Positions 1 to 10,088 of a stretch of 64,000 bases of DNA are shown in pieces; the first letter of the stretch is position 1, and each line of letters begins with the position of its first letter. The stretch spans positions 331,825-395,824 of the forward strand of contig DAOORK010000001.1 in assembly GCA_035389185.1 (NCBI GenBank). Direction: 5' to 3'. Source of the stretch: Candidatus Woesebacteria bacterium (GTDB lineage: Bacteria; Patescibacteriota; Microgenomatia; UBA1400; MFAQ01). The notes under the pieces were generated by a model. The model was not told the origin of the DNA and ran no database searches. It worked only from the letters and a program-made list of their open reading frames with translations. Both the position numbers and the translations under genes were made by a program.

Positions 1-476
1 TTGCCTGGATAATACTTGTTAAAACAATTTTTACAACCAAGGAAATAATATTTGAGAGCATTCCCTATCGTGGGGAACTTGTAACATGAAGGTTGGATTT
101 TGCCATCATTGTAAAGAAGTTTGGGAGCAACAGCTCCAAGGACAGGATGTTCTTCGGCAAAATCAAAAAGAAGTTTTAGAGCCGCCCCTTTGATTCTGGT
201 GTCAGGATTTATTTGCAGAATATACTTTCCGTGTGATTCCTTGATAGCCCAGTTCACGGCCTTGGAGAGACCAACGTTTTCAGTATTGACCAAGACTTTT
301 GGCTTTAAAGGATGTTTCCTGGCTAACTCAACACAACGGTCGGCAGGATAGTTGTCGACAACGATTACTTCTTTGTTTAGTCCGTCGCGACTTTTTTGAA
401 TGGAGTCGAGAAAAGGAACAATGGTATCCTCAGATTTGTAACCAACGACGATGATGGAGATATCGATTTCTTTCAT
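1..476 (-). CDS. GT2 family glycosyltransferase (N-terminal part; the 3' end of the gene lies beyond the window start)
   Basis: Manual translation of the minus strand from ATG at 476..474 gives MKEIDISIIVVGYKSEDTIVPFLDSI...VIVVDNYPADRC...ENVGLSKAVNWAIKES, a GT2 Rossmann-like fold with DxD-like motifs. Its start overlaps the stop of the upstream gene (ATGA). The ORF stays open to position 1. Confidence 0.7.
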   Translation of the reverse strand, partial: MKEIDISIIVVGYKSEDTIVPFLDSIQKSRDGLNKEVIVVDNYPADRCVELARKHPLKPKVLVNTENVGLSKAVNWAIKESHGKYILQINPDTRIKGAALKLLFDFAEEHPVLGAVAPKLLYNDGKIQPSCYKFPTIGNALKYYFLGCKNCFNKYYPG

Positions 477-1342
477 ATTGTTTGATTAACTAACGATAGC
501 ACTTCCCTATCTGTTTTAACGAATTTTATTTTTTTATTTTTGATGATAAATCGCCATAGAGCAACCAAAAAAACTTTTAGATAGCCGGGGTGTCTGAGGA
601 TATGGGCAAACAAGAATTGACGATGGGAACGAAGTAAATCCTTGTCAGAGATGTTTACCCAGTTGAAGAGGAGTTCATTTCTTTGTTTTATTAAACTGAG
701 ATATCGAGGGTTTATTTTTTTGGCAGTGGACTCGTGTTCGTGGAAAACGAGAGATTGGTTGTCCCAGATAATTTTGTAACCCATTTTCCAGGCTCGATAA
801 CCAATATCGATGTCTTCCCAATAAAAAGGGGCGTAGATTTCGTTTAGACCGCCGAGTTTGTTCCAGATACTTCGCTTGAAAATAGCGCTACCTCCTGATG
901 CCCAGGCAGAGTAGTATGGCTTTGATTTATCTTCCCCCCTAGTGAACTGGATTTTACCGTCCCATTTTACCTGCGGCCAAGAAGAACTATCTTCATTGAA
1001 AGAAACGGCGAAGACTTTTTCGTCTTTGAAAAAATGAAGAACATCTTTGAGATAACCCTTTTCCGGATGGACATCATTGTTAAGTAGAACTAGATAGTCG
1101 GCAGTTGACACAGCCACACCCTGATTTACCGGTTTGGTGAAACCCAGGTTGGTGTCATTTTTGACTATGACGACTTCGGGATAATTCTCTTTTAGCCAGT
1201 CGATAGTGCCATCGGTGCTACCATTGTCGATAATAATAACTTTATTTAGAAAATCAGAGTTTTTAAATACTTCCGGTAGGTGTTTTTCCAGCAAGTATTT
1301 ACCATTGAAACTGGGAATAATAATATCAATCATTTCGTTCAT
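473..1342 (-). CDS. GT2 family glycosyltransferase
   Basis: 289 aa with IIIPSFNGKYLLEKHL...IIIDNGSTDGT...NLGFTKPVNQG...LLNNDV, typical GT-A/GT2 motifs. Confidence 0.8.
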   Translation of the reverse strand: MNEMIDIIIPSFNGKYLLEKHLPEVFKNSDFLNKVIIIDNGSTDGTIDWLKENYPEVVIVKNDTNLGFTKPVNQGVAVSTADYLVLLNNDVHPEKGYLKDVLHFFKDEKVFAVSFNEDSSSWPQVKWDGKIQFTRGEDKSKPYYSAWASGGSAIFKRSIWNKLGGLNEIYAPFYWEDIDIGYRAWKMGYKIIWDNQSLVFHEHESTAKKINPRYLSLIKQRNELLFNWVNISDKDLLRSHRQFLFAHILRHPGYLKVFLVALWRFIIKNKKIKFVKTDREVLSLVNQTI

Positions 1343-1363
1343 CTTACTTAGTATACCAATGGA

Positions 1364-3163
1364 TTAGTTTTGATTTATGCGAAAGGTTGTTTCCGGAGAA
1401 TATACCTTTTCTTCTTTTATGGAGATACCGGGAAGAGTGTTTCTCTCGATAGTGTCTTTATCGAGTTCCGGATTTAAGTAGCCGACGAATCTCGGGAAAT
1501 CATCAGGAATTGATTCCCGTATAATTCCATCAATTTTGTTGTCGCTCATTTTGGTAAGAGCAGAAAGAGCTGAAGTGTATCTTCCCCAATCGTACATGAG
1601 GCGCGGAATGACATAGACTGCTTGTCGGACTTTCTGAGTAGTATCAATTTTTTCGTTAATTTCAATCTTTTTGTCAGGACTGAACCCCGGTAACAGATAG
1701 TCCCATTTCCAAACTGTCTTCCATTGATTGTGCACTTTAAGGAAATTAATCTCCTGAGTATTAGAAATCTCGCCGTAATCGGTAAAGTATTTCGTATTGA
1801 GTTTTCCTTGATGAGTATTTTGTGTATCTACAACCTCGGTAATGGTGACTTCGATTTTTTTTACTTTTAGGCTGACGTAAAAACTCTCCATCGAAGAAAT
1901 GAATTTTGCTTCCGGAATATTGTTTCTGGTTTCGCTGTCGATACTTCGATACAGTTCGCGATAAGCCCTGGTATTGAGGAAACGACTAACTGCCCCTGCA
2001 TGTCCTGTAAGATCGTTCTTGGTGATTATGGGGAAAAGTAAAAGCAAATTGAGAATAACCAAAAGAAATAGTATGGGAATACGTTTTTTGAAAGCGTAGA
2101 GAATAAAAATGATGAACAAAGGGACGATCGGCATGAGATAACGAGCCCAAAAAGGAATAATCGTATTTATTCCAAGAATGATGAAGGTAAAAATGGTTAA
2201 GTACAGCAAGGAAAAATCTTTCTTTTTCAAAGCAATGACGAAGATGGTAATGGCCAAAATTACACCGAGAGGCAAAATGATCGACCAGTCTCCCAGACCG
2301 GTTCCAGTCGCGCCTACCCAAAAGCCCTTGTACGAATTCAAAAAGATTCCTCGCCACTGGTTTAGGTAGTCTACTTTATCAACCCCGGATTGGAGATAGA
2401 AGTTTAGTGGCTTCTCATGAAGTCTGAGCCATGGTATGGGATTGGGATGCTTGATAAAGTAACAAAAGAAAGAGAGAACGTAACCTCCAAAAACAGATCC
2501 AAGATAAAAAATTGTGTTTAAGATTTTTTTGGAACTTACAATCAAAGACAGAGTTAGCCCCAAAAGAAGAAGCAAGGGTGAATAAACACCAATTTTTGTA
2601 CCTGTGGCAAGGCCAAGAAAGACACCGGCGATAACCAGATCTTTGAGTTTGTGTCTTTTGAGAAACTTAACAAAGAATAGAGCGTTAAATAAAAAGAGAC
2701 TAGTAAGGGGTAAATCGAGCATGGTTTCTCTGATTTGGGTTGCCAGGAAAGGAGTCGTGACACAAAGAAGTAATCCAAAAAGAGCTGTAGTTCTGTTTTT
2801 GAATAGTTCCAAACACAAGAGATATATCGTTAACCCAGTGAGGAAGAAAAAACCCAGACTAATCCAGTATGGATTGCCAACTGTTTTTTCGGCGAGACCA
2901 TAGAGATACTTAGCAAGAGGGGGTACTTCAAAGTTGATGTTGAAAGGATTTTCGCCATTGGCTAACTGGAAACCTACGAACTTGTAGAGCTCACCATCGG
3001 AGATGCCTCTAGTACTTTGAGGAACATTCCATTGGGAGTTGTAGTAGTAGTTCTCAAAATACTCGGCGTCGTAGCGGAAAAAAAAGATCTCTCGGGAAAA
3101 ATAAAGAATTAAGGCGGTTACAAGACCGATGAGAATGAGGAGAATGATATTTATTTTCTTCAC
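1364..3163 (-). CDS. GT-C fold membrane glycosyltransferase (PMT/ArnT-like, GT39/GT83-like) with C-terminal extracytoplasmic domain
   Basis: 599 aa. The N-terminal ~380 aa hold about 10 hydrophobic helices and an early acidic loop (RYDAEYFENYY). A soluble C-terminal domain follows. The gene sits in the glycosyltransferase island. Confidence 0.55.
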   Translation of the reverse strand: MKKINIILLILIGLVTALILYFSREIFFFRYDAEYFENYYYNSQWNVPQSTRGISDGELYKFVGFQLANGENPFNINFEVPPLAKYLYGLAEKTVGNPYWISLGFFFLTGLTIYLLCLELFKNRTTALFGLLLCVTTPFLATQIRETMLDLPLTSLFLFNALFFVKFLKRHKLKDLVIAGVFLGLATGTKIGVYSPLLLLLGLTLSLIVSSKKILNTIFYLGSVFGGYVLSFFCYFIKHPNPIPWLRLHEKPLNFYLQSGVDKVDYLNQWRGIFLNSYKGFWVGATGTGLGDWSIILPLGVILAITIFVIALKKKDFSLLYLTIFTFIILGINTIIPFWARYLMPIVPLFIIFILYAFKKRIPILFLLVILNLLLLFPIITKNDLTGHAGAVSRFLNTRAYRELYRSIDSETRNNIPEAKFISSMESFYVSLKVKKIEVTITEVVDTQNTHQGKLNTKYFTDYGEISNTQEINFLKVHNQWKTVWKWDYLLPGFSPDKKIEINEKIDTTQKVRQAVYVIPRLMYDWGRYTSALSALTKMSDNKIDGIIRESIPDDFPRFVGYLNPELDKDTIERNTLPGISIKEEKVYSPETTFRINQN

Positions 3164-3182
3164 TTGTCTATCTTATCAATTA

Positions 3183-3926
3183 TTACCACTCACGGAAGTT
3201 TCTGGCCAGATAGATCCGGATCCGATTGTATGGGTACTTCAGAACAGTTTTGAAAGCTTTCTTGAGGGGATTCCCTGAACTTGCCTCAATGTTTTTCTCC
3301 CCGAGCTGGAAGTGATTATCGGGAAGTGTTACCATTTGGGAAACGTAGCCATCCATAAAGCCCCATTTTCGACCTAAATCATAAAAAATATCGCCACCGT
3401 TAAAGTTGATTTTTGATTTCATTTTTGGTCCGGCTAGTAAAGAAAAGCCAGTCTTGAAAAGAATATCTTTCATTTGGGATCTGGTCAGGACACTGTAGTG
3501 ATAATGCTCCGTGAGCCACTCTTTGGATGGCATTACCAATACAAGCCAACCATTTTTTACTAAATATTTTCTCCAGTGCATTAAAGCCAAAAAGGGCATA
3601 GTGGAGTGCTCCAAGACATTGCTGGCATAGATAACGTCAAACTTACCTATATCGCCAAGGTCATGCATATCACGAACATAAATCTTGGCACCATATTTGT
3701 CTTTACCTATCTTTGCTTCTTCTTCACTCGCAGTAATACCAACTGCCGTAAATTTGTGTTGATTCAACCAAGCTACCTCATGCCCATCTCCGCAACCGAT
3801 GACGAGAACTTTTTTATTTTTGGGCGGGATTAATTTTAGGAAACAATCCGGCCCTGCCACATTGCTAACAGACAATGGTTCATTTCTTTCTTTTTTGAAC
3901 CATTCATTATATAAAGTACTTTTCAT
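3183..3926 (-). CDS. Class I SAM-dependent methyltransferase
   Basis: 247 aa with a VLVIGCGDGHEVAWL glycine-rich SAM-binding motif and the downstream acidic residue pattern of Methyltransf_11/12. Confidence 0.7.
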   Translation of the reverse strand: MKSTLYNEWFKKERNEPLSVSNVAGPDCFLKLIPPKNKKVLVIGCGDGHEVAWLNQHKFTAVGITASEEEAKIGKDKYGAKIYVRDMHDLGDIGKFDVIYASNVLEHSTMPFLALMHWRKYLVKNGWLVLVMPSKEWLTEHYHYSVLTRSQMKDILFKTGFSLLAGPKMKSKINFNGGDIFYDLGRKWGFMDGYVSQMVTLPDNHFQLGEKNIEASSGNPLKKAFKTVLKYPYNRIRIYLARNFREW

Positions 3927-3930
3927 AGGA

Positions 3931-5463
3931 TTATTTTAGCTTGGGATCAATTTTTTCAATAATGGTGTTCCAGGGTAATGATATTTTTCGAGAAGATGCC
4001 GGAAAATTATTTCTCCAGTTGATTTCACCGCTCATTGTCGTCGGATCGTGTTCGATGATGAGAAAGATCAGATCATGATCCGATTCTTTTTTCTTTGTCC
4101 AAAAAACTGAGTTGTCTTTGATGTATTCCGGAACTCCTGGAAAATATGACATATCACTTGGTTGGTAACCATATTGTTTTGTTCCATACCACCAAAATAA
4201 ATATTGGAATCTTAAATCAAAAACTTGGGGAGTATAGGTATACACTTTGAAAGCACTTCCTGAGGCTTCATGATAAATATTATCAACAACAGTAAGCATG
4301 TTCTTGAGATTGGCCAAATCATTTGAATAACCTTTTTCAACCGACAGATAAGTAACTTTTGTGGAGATTGAGGAGAAAATAGTAAATCCAATAATGAATA
4401 CGGTAAAAAACTTACCCCATGATTTGGCATAAATAATGGTTAGTGCAGAGGCAAAAGCATATATGGAAAATGGTACAAGCCCATATAGATACCAATCTCG
4501 AATGTTAAAGGGAAATATCAGGAAAAATATTAAAAATGCAAAAATAATAAAAAGATTTGTTTTGATAAACTTTGTATTTTCCGAATCACGTTTTCCGAGT
4601 ATTAATGCGAGAGCAATTGTCGCAATAACAAATAACCAAGGAAGTTCGGTGGCTCCGGAAAAAATAGATTTGAAATAGGTAAATCGATTAAGGAGCATGT
4701 CAGATATGGAAAGTTTTTGACCAAGCCAGTCTGTTCCACCAGAGAACTCACCAAGCGTTGATCTGGTCATTAAAAAACCGTGACGAACTTCAAAGACAAT
4801 CTGAGGCAGAAGAGTAACAAAAAAACCTAAAATCAGAGGAATAAGTTGTCTGTCTTTTTTGGATCTTCGGGTATGTAAAAACAAGGAAATGGGGAAAAAT
4901 AAAATTCCGACTGCGGCTTCAACTTGAAGAATAAACCCACATAACAATCCCTCAAGGAATGACGATATTTTTGATTTGTAAAATATAAATAATGGAAGAA
5001 GTGCGGCGAAATAATAGGCTGAATTGGCATTCCAAGAAAATTTTATGGAAAAGGCAGCAATGGGAGAAAATAAAAATAATGAAGCAGAATAAAATGCCAA
5101 AATTTTATTCTTCTTTCTCAAAACAAAATAGATCACAAGAGAAATAATGTGTAAGGTAAGGATCTGGAATCTGACTAGCCATAAAGGATTCCCGCCGGAC
5201 AAGACAAAGGGGATGGAATTAAAATATGCCCAAAAGGGGCCGTAATATAAGCCAATAATATCTGTGGCCGGACCGATGAGGAGAGGTGTTCTGGTGAAGA
5301 TCATACGACGAATTTCGGCCATCTCTCTTGCCTGGTCGTAAGTAAAAGCAATGTCGAAGTCTTTTATTCTCAGGAAACTTAAAACCATCATGGTGATGAA
5401 TAAGACGGCGAAGATCAGGACATCCCAATATTTATTTATGAAATTACGAAACTTTATAAACAT
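3931..5463 (-). CDS. Polytopic membrane protein, putative GT-C-like glycosyltransferase
   Basis: 510 aa with more than 10 predicted TM helices and a C-terminal soluble domain. The glycosyltransferase context supports the call, but no motif was recognised with certainty. Confidence 0.4.
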   Translation of the reverse strand: MFIKFRNFINKYWDVLIFAVLFITMMVLSFLRIKDFDIAFTYDQAREMAEIRRMIFTRTPLLIGPATDIIGLYYGPFWAYFNSIPFVLSGGNPLWLVRFQILTLHIISLVIYFVLRKKNKILAFYSASLFLFSPIAAFSIKFSWNANSAYYFAALLPLFIFYKSKISSFLEGLLCGFILQVEAAVGILFFPISLFLHTRRSKKDRQLIPLILGFFVTLLPQIVFEVRHGFLMTRSTLGEFSGGTDWLGQKLSISDMLLNRFTYFKSIFSGATELPWLFVIATIALALILGKRDSENTKFIKTNLFIIFAFLIFFLIFPFNIRDWYLYGLVPFSIYAFASALTIIYAKSWGKFFTVFIIGFTIFSSISTKVTYLSVEKGYSNDLANLKNMLTVVDNIYHEASGSAFKVYTYTPQVFDLRFQYLFWWYGTKQYGYQPSDMSYFPGVPEYIKDNSVFWTKKKESDHDLIFLIIEHDPTTMSGEINWRNNFPASSRKISLPWNTIIEKIDPKLK

Positions 5464-5464
5464 T

Positions 5465-6547
5465 TCAGAGAAGTTTTTTTAGATTCGAAAAGAAGGATTC
5501 GTGTGAGTACAAGTGTGTTCGTTTTGAGGCAGTTGTTTGCATTTTTCGATACAGCTTTTCATCTTCGATGAGGAGTTTTGTTTTGGTAGCAATTTCTTGG
5601 GCGTTGGAGCAAAGGAATCCTGTACCTTCAGCTAGAATTTCTTTTTGACCACCCTTACCTATGACAATTGGGACACAACCAGAAGCCATACTCTCAACAG
5701 TGGTAATACCAAAATGTTCGACCCTTTCGGGATCAGTTTGTTCATCTATTTCAAAACCTGAAGCATGCCAAAAAAAACGTGATTTGGCATACAGACTCTT
5801 TAATTTATCAAAGCGGGGGTCAACGATAAACTTGATTGGCAACGACTTGGCTTTATCTTTAAGTTTTTCCAGTGTATCTGATTGACCATGACTTCCGCCC
5901 GTAAGAAACAGTTGATAGGCGGGAAAACTCTTATGTAAAATTTTAAAAGCATCAATCAAAACATCTTGGCGTTTAGGATGACTGGGTGAATCAAAACGAG
6001 CTACGGATAAAATTATGTTTTCCTTCTTTCCGGGATTGAAACTTTCAACATCGATTGGTGGATACAAAACAAAGCTTTTTTCTTTTGGAAAATGAGTTTC
6101 ATGAACTGCAGCAGTGAACCGTGAGTTGTAAACAAATTTATGAATAAAAAGAGTTTTAATTTTATTGATTAACGGACTACCGCCGATTGTCTTAAAAGGT
6201 ATCTGGAAATGAACTAGATTGTTTTTCGAAAACAAAAAGGGAAGACTGCCGTCACTGACCCAAAAGATAAGTCCGAAACGGACAGTAAACAGGAGTCTCC
6301 TTAACAAAGATGAGTGACCATGGCAGAGATTGTAGGCATTTTTATTTATTTTTAGTTGCGAAAGATCCAAACCAAAGCGTTCTTGTGCGGCAAGAAGAGT
6401 CTTATTGTCGTTCCAGGCTATTTCAACCGAGTAACCTGCAGATATCAGACCAATGGCAAAAGTAAGACAGTAACGTTCCCCACCTCCAAGAGTATCCAGA
6501 TATGGATCAAAAATTAAGGCTTTTTTCATAGTTTTTCTTCTTGCCAT
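5465..6547 (-). CDS. GT4 (GT-B fold, glycosyltransferase group 1) glycosyltransferase
   Basis: 360 aa. The C-terminal EX7E-type motif GFEIDEQTDPERVEHFGITTVESMASGCVPIV is diagnostic of retaining GT4 enzymes. Confidence 0.8.
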   Translation of the reverse strand: MARRKTMKKALIFDPYLDTLGGGERYCLTFAIGLISAGYSVEIAWNDNKTLLAAQERFGLDLSQLKINKNAYNLCHGHSSLLRRLLFTVRFGLIFWVSDGSLPFLFSKNNLVHFQIPFKTIGGSPLINKIKTLFIHKFVYNSRFTAAVHETHFPKEKSFVLYPPIDVESFNPGKKENIILSVARFDSPSHPKRQDVLIDAFKILHKSFPAYQLFLTGGSHGQSDTLEKLKDKAKSLPIKFIVDPRFDKLKSLYAKSRFFWHASGFEIDEQTDPERVEHFGITTVESMASGCVPIVIGKGGQKEILAEGTGFLCSNAQEIATKTKLLIEDEKLYRKMQTTASKRTHLYSHESFFSNLKKLL

Positions 6548-7335
6548 TCTTTCAATAAATCCTTATCAATTTTTTTGTAGGTATCTGAAAGTGATGGTTT
6601 CCTTTGGGCTTCCCACAATCTTTCATAGGTGAGAAATTTACTAAACATTTGATAAATGATCTCAATCCAACCTTCTGTTCCGTCTCTCCATAAACCCTGT
6701 TTTACCGCTCGGTACCAGAACTCTGTGAGCATGATGCGGACGAAACGCCAACCTTTCATTTGGGGGTGACCCGAGTCTAAAAGCATTCTGGCTTCAGACT
6801 TGGACCAGTTCATAGTGTTGGGTACTTTTTCATCAATATTTTTATGCGACAAGTGAACCATCTGATGCCTCAGTTCACCAATTGAACCTTCGATTTTGGG
6901 TTGCTCGTGAAGCTTTCCTTCCCAACGTTTAAGAGCCGTTTTTTTCATCAAACGAAGAACGAGCGGATCGCCCCAGTGAGTTAAGTGTTTGCCCAAGAAA
7001 ATCTCATAACGACTGATCGTGTATGCCTGATGTTGTGGTGTCTCGATTACAGACCTTATCTCGCGGGCAAGTTTAAGAGGAATTCGTTCATCAGAGTCGA
7101 GATACAAAAGCCAGTCACCTTTGGCCTCTTTTGCACCGTCGTTTCTCCACTTGGAAAAACTATCTCCTGTTGAGTGAACAATTTTGGCACCCAATTTGCG
7201 ACAAACTTCGACGGTGTTGTCGGTTGAACCCGAGTCCACCACAATAACTTCATCAGCAAATAAAGAAGTTTTTATGGCAAGTACTATTTCATCGGGAACA
7301 TTTTTGGCAAGAATGATGATCGATATTTTGGGCAT
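6526..7335 (-). CDS. GT2 family glycosyltransferase
   Basis: The listed 344-aa ORF overlaps the upstream gene. The conserved GT2 N-terminus begins at the internal Met (MPKISIIILAKNVPDE...VVDSGSTDNT), ATG at 7335..7333, directly after the neighbour's stop at 7338. The start was adjusted accordingly. Confidence 0.7.
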   Translation of the reverse strand: MPKISIIILAKNVPDEIVLAIKTSLFADEVIVVDSGSTDNTVEVCRKLGAKIVHSTGDSFSKWRNDGAKEAKGDWLLYLDSDERIPLKLAREIRSVIETPQHQAYTISRYEIFLGKHLTHWGDPLVLRLMKKTALKRWEGKLHEQPKIEGSIGELRHQMVHLSHKNIDEKVPNTMNWSKSEARMLLDSGHPQMKGWRFVRIMLTEFWYRAVKQGLWRDGTEGWIEIIYQMFSKFLTYERLWEAQRKPSLSDTYKKIDKDLLKEWQEEKL

Positions 7336-7337
7336 AG

Positions 7338-8243
7338 TTATTTTATCCAAGATCCTCCTCCTAATTTTCCCACAAAGAAGTCGCGAACAGCTTGTTTTTG
7401 GGCTTTGGTTCCTATAAAAAGCTTTTTGACCGCTTCCCTGAGAAGAGCAATCTTGGTTCGGGGACGGGCATAATCCATACCGAAAAGAAGACGATTGCGA
7501 GTGAGAAAATAATCGTTTAGAGGAGAACCAATACCCGAGCTTTGGGCGACTTTGTGCCAAAGTTTGATGTTTGAATCGACAACAAGTTTATAACCTGCTT
7601 TTTTGATGCGCATACCGAGATCCGAGTCTTCAAAATAGAGACAGTAACGTTCGTCAAAAAGGCCGACTTTTTTGAGAATTTCTGAGCGCACGATAAAAAG
7701 GCAACCGGTGATGAAATCGACCTCTCTCTGACCATCAAATTGACCTTTGTCGACCTCATTGACTCCAAGGTGGTTGGCATAGACGTTGTCCCAGTCGTAC
7801 TGACCTCCAGCGTACCAGATTACCTGCCCAAGTTCGTCTTTTTGATATTTATCTTCAAACTCGAACCCTTTGGCAAAATAAATGAGACCGCCGACAGCAC
7901 CAACATTTTTGTCAGATATTGGTGAGGCCAATATCTTGAGAATCAGGTCTTCCGGAACAACAGTGTCGTTGTTTATCATTACGATGATATCTGTTTCATC
8001 GAGAAGAGCCTTTTTGAACCCTAGATTATTACCGGCAGCAAAACCAACATTGCCGGGACTTTCAACGTATACTGCCTGAGGGTATTTGGAGAGTTTTTCC
8101 CTCAAATCAACCGAGCAGTCGTTGTCCACTACATATACTGTGGAGCTTACCCCCAAGGGTAAGGTGTTTTTTTCAAGCTGCTTCACAACATCGAGAGTGT
8201 CTTGAATACTGTGAAAGCTGACGGTGATAAAACCGATTTTCAT
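7338..8243 (-). CDS. GT2 family glycosyltransferase (rhamnosyltransferase-like)
   Basis: 301 aa with KIGFITVSFHS...VVDNDCS...IVMINNDTVV...CLYFEDSDL motifs of GT2. Confidence 0.75.
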   Translation of the reverse strand: MKIGFITVSFHSIQDTLDVVKQLEKNTLPLGVSSTVYVVDNDCSVDLREKLSKYPQAVYVESPGNVGFAAGNNLGFKKALLDETDIIVMINNDTVVPEDLILKILASPISDKNVGAVGGLIYFAKGFEFEDKYQKDELGQVIWYAGGQYDWDNVYANHLGVNEVDKGQFDGQREVDFITGCLFIVRSEILKKVGLFDERYCLYFEDSDLGMRIKKAGYKLVVDSNIKLWHKVAQSSGIGSPLNDYFLTRNRLLFGMDYARPRTKIALLREAVKKLFIGTKAQKQAVRDFFVGKLGGGSWIK

Positions 8244-8311
8244 TAATTTGATTATAGTGTATTCAAGACAGCTGTTTATTATGAACTGACGCGTTAGAAT
8301 ATATTTAGATT

Positions 8312-9862
8312 ATGAGTAAAAAAAGAACTGGATGGATATTGATACTGTTCGTGGTGCTTTTGGCTCTTATGGTGAGATTTGTCAGACTGGATGCTGTCCC
8401 GGCCAGTTTGTATTATGACGAAATTGATTTGGGTTATCAGATAAGAAGTTTGTTATCCACCGGCAAAGATTATCGAGGAGGATTGAGCCCATTTTATCTT
8501 CGCTCTTTTAATACCGATAAAACACCTTTTCCAATATATTTTTCGGTCTTACCGTCTTTGTTTTTTAGTTCTCCCGAGTATCAGGTTCGTGCTGGAGCGG
8601 CTTTGGCGGGGGTGATTTGTGTTATTTTGGCGATGATTTTGGTGTATCAACTTACAGGTAAAAAGAATGCCAGCATTATTACCGGCCTGGTCTTTGCTTT
8701 CTCCCCATGGCAAATCCAGTTTAGTCGAATGGCTTTTGAGGCCATTTTTATGTTGGTGGTTTTCTTAGCTTCAGTATCAGTATTCCTGTACTGGAAAGAC
8801 AGTAAAAAGAATTGGGCGTTTTATTTGTCGGCCGTATTGTTTGGTCTCAATGTTTATACCTACCGTACAATGAGTTTGTTTGGACCTATTTTGGTTGGGT
8901 TGGTGACTGTGATTTATTTCCGAGATTTTTGGAGACAAGGCTGGTGGCGTTTGGGAGTATGGCTTTCAATAATTGCCATTTTTGTCTTGCCTTTTATTTA
9001 TGCCACGACTATTGGTTCGGCTGACCAAGCCAGAATTAATCAAATTTCGGTTTTCTCCGATCCAATGACTCAAGTTAAAGTGTTACGTAACCGAGAAGTT
9101 GACTCAAATGATTACGGAAATCCTCAGATTGGTAAAAAGGCTGTGTGGTGGTCACCTATTTTCCATAACAAAGTATTAACTCCTTTGGTGAATTTTGGCA
9201 GTAATTATTTGAAAAATTATTCTACAGAGTTTTTGTTTTTGACAGGAGATCCAAATGGAAGACACTCGGTAACAAACATGGGCGAGCTACTATTTATTGA
9301 TTCACTGGGATTGATTGTCGGACTGACGTTTGTGTTTAAAAATATCAAAGATAAAAAATATCAACTGTTACTATGTCTTTTGATCTTCTCTCCAGTTGCT
9401 TCCGACCTGACGATGGATGGGGCGTATCACGCCTCAAGATTGATGATCTTGGCTGGTCCGATGCTTCTGATAGTTGGATTGGGATACTTTAGTTTGTTGG
9501 AAATACTATTTAAAAATAAAAAACTGTGGTTAGGTATACCCCTGATTACCGGCTTGTGGTTGTTATCAACTATTTTTTATCTACATCGTTATTTTGTCCA
9601 CTTTCCGATAGAGAGTTCGCGACAGTTTGGATATGGATACAAACAAGCGATGATAAAAATTGCCGATGTTGAGGATCAATTTAAGGCCATCAGATTAACT
9701 AATCTAAACGATCCGCCGATGCTTTATTATTTTTTCTGGAGAAATGAAGCGCCGATTAACGTACAGGAATACGGAACCGCGTATGGAGAAGATGTTTATC
9801 GAAATATGCCTTTGGACAAGATAAAACAAATAAGCTGGGGGGGCAAAACTGTGCACAGTTGA
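8312..9862 (+). CDS. GT-C fold membrane glycosyltransferase (dolichyl/polyprenyl-phosphate-sugar dependent, PMT/ArnT-like), possibly truncated by frameshift at a G7 tract
   Basis: 516 aa. The N-terminal loop YYDEIDLGY carries the conserved DE motif of GT39/GT83, followed by multiple TM helices. The stop lies 17 nt after a G7 homopolymer (9837..9843). A shifted frame continues coding-like for 73 more codons to 10082. Confidence 0.65.
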   Translation: MSKKRTGWILILFVVLLALMVRFVRLDAVPASLYYDEIDLGYQIRSLLSTGKDYRGGLSPFYLRSFNTDKTPFPIYFSVLPSLFFSSPEYQVRAGAALAGVICVILAMILVYQLTGKKNASIITGLVFAFSPWQIQFSRMAFEAIFMLVVFLASVSVFLYWKDSKKNWAFYLSAVLFGLNVYTYRTMSLFGPILVGLVTVIYFRDFWRQGWWRLGVWLSIIAIFVLPFIYATTIGSADQARINQISVFSDPMTQVKVLRNREVDSNDYGNPQIGKKAVWWSPIFHNKVLTPLVNFGSNYLKNYSTEFLFLTGDPNGRHSVTNMGELLFIDSLGLIVGLTFVFKNIKDKKYQLLLCLLIFSPVASDLTMDGAYHASRLMILAGPMLLIVGLGYFSLLEILFKNKKLWLGIPLITGLWLLSTIFYLHRYFVHFPIESSRQFGYGYKQAMIKIADVEDQFKAIRLTNLNDPPMLYYFFWRNEAPINVQEYGTAYGEDVYRNMPLDKIKQISWGGKTVHS

Positions 9863-10088
9863 CGAGATAAACAAACTTGAGCCAGAGACGCTCTACTTGG
9901 TGGCATTTAATAACCTGCCTTTGGACTTTAGAAGCGCGGAAAGAGATAAAGTACCAACAGGAATTAAACTTGTTGATGTGATTTTGTATCCTGACAATGA
10001 AGTGGCATATTACTTAATAACAAGAAACTCTATAAACGGTAAAGCTGTAATGGCTGACAAGGAAAGTGCTTGCAGAAATTAAACTCAG

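Noticed and set aside
121-351. 76-aa plus-strand ORF at the window start
   Set aside because: It lies entirely inside, and antisense to, a well-supported minus-strand GT2 coding region (1..476) and has no recognisable features.
1986-2903. Several 60-120-aa ORFs (1986-2357 minus, 2178-2369 plus, 2554-2778 minus, 2604-2903 plus) inside the 1364-3163 gene
   Set aside because: They are alternative-frame or antisense ORFs within a long hydrophobic membrane-protein gene and have Arg/His-rich, low-complexity translations typical of off-frame artefacts.
9897-10082. 61-aa ORF treated as an independent small gene
   Set aside because: It has no RBS or promoter of its own. It starts at a TTG and is in the frame reached from the upstream GT-C gene by a 1-nt change in a G7 tract, so it is better explained as a displaced C-terminal extension (see findings).
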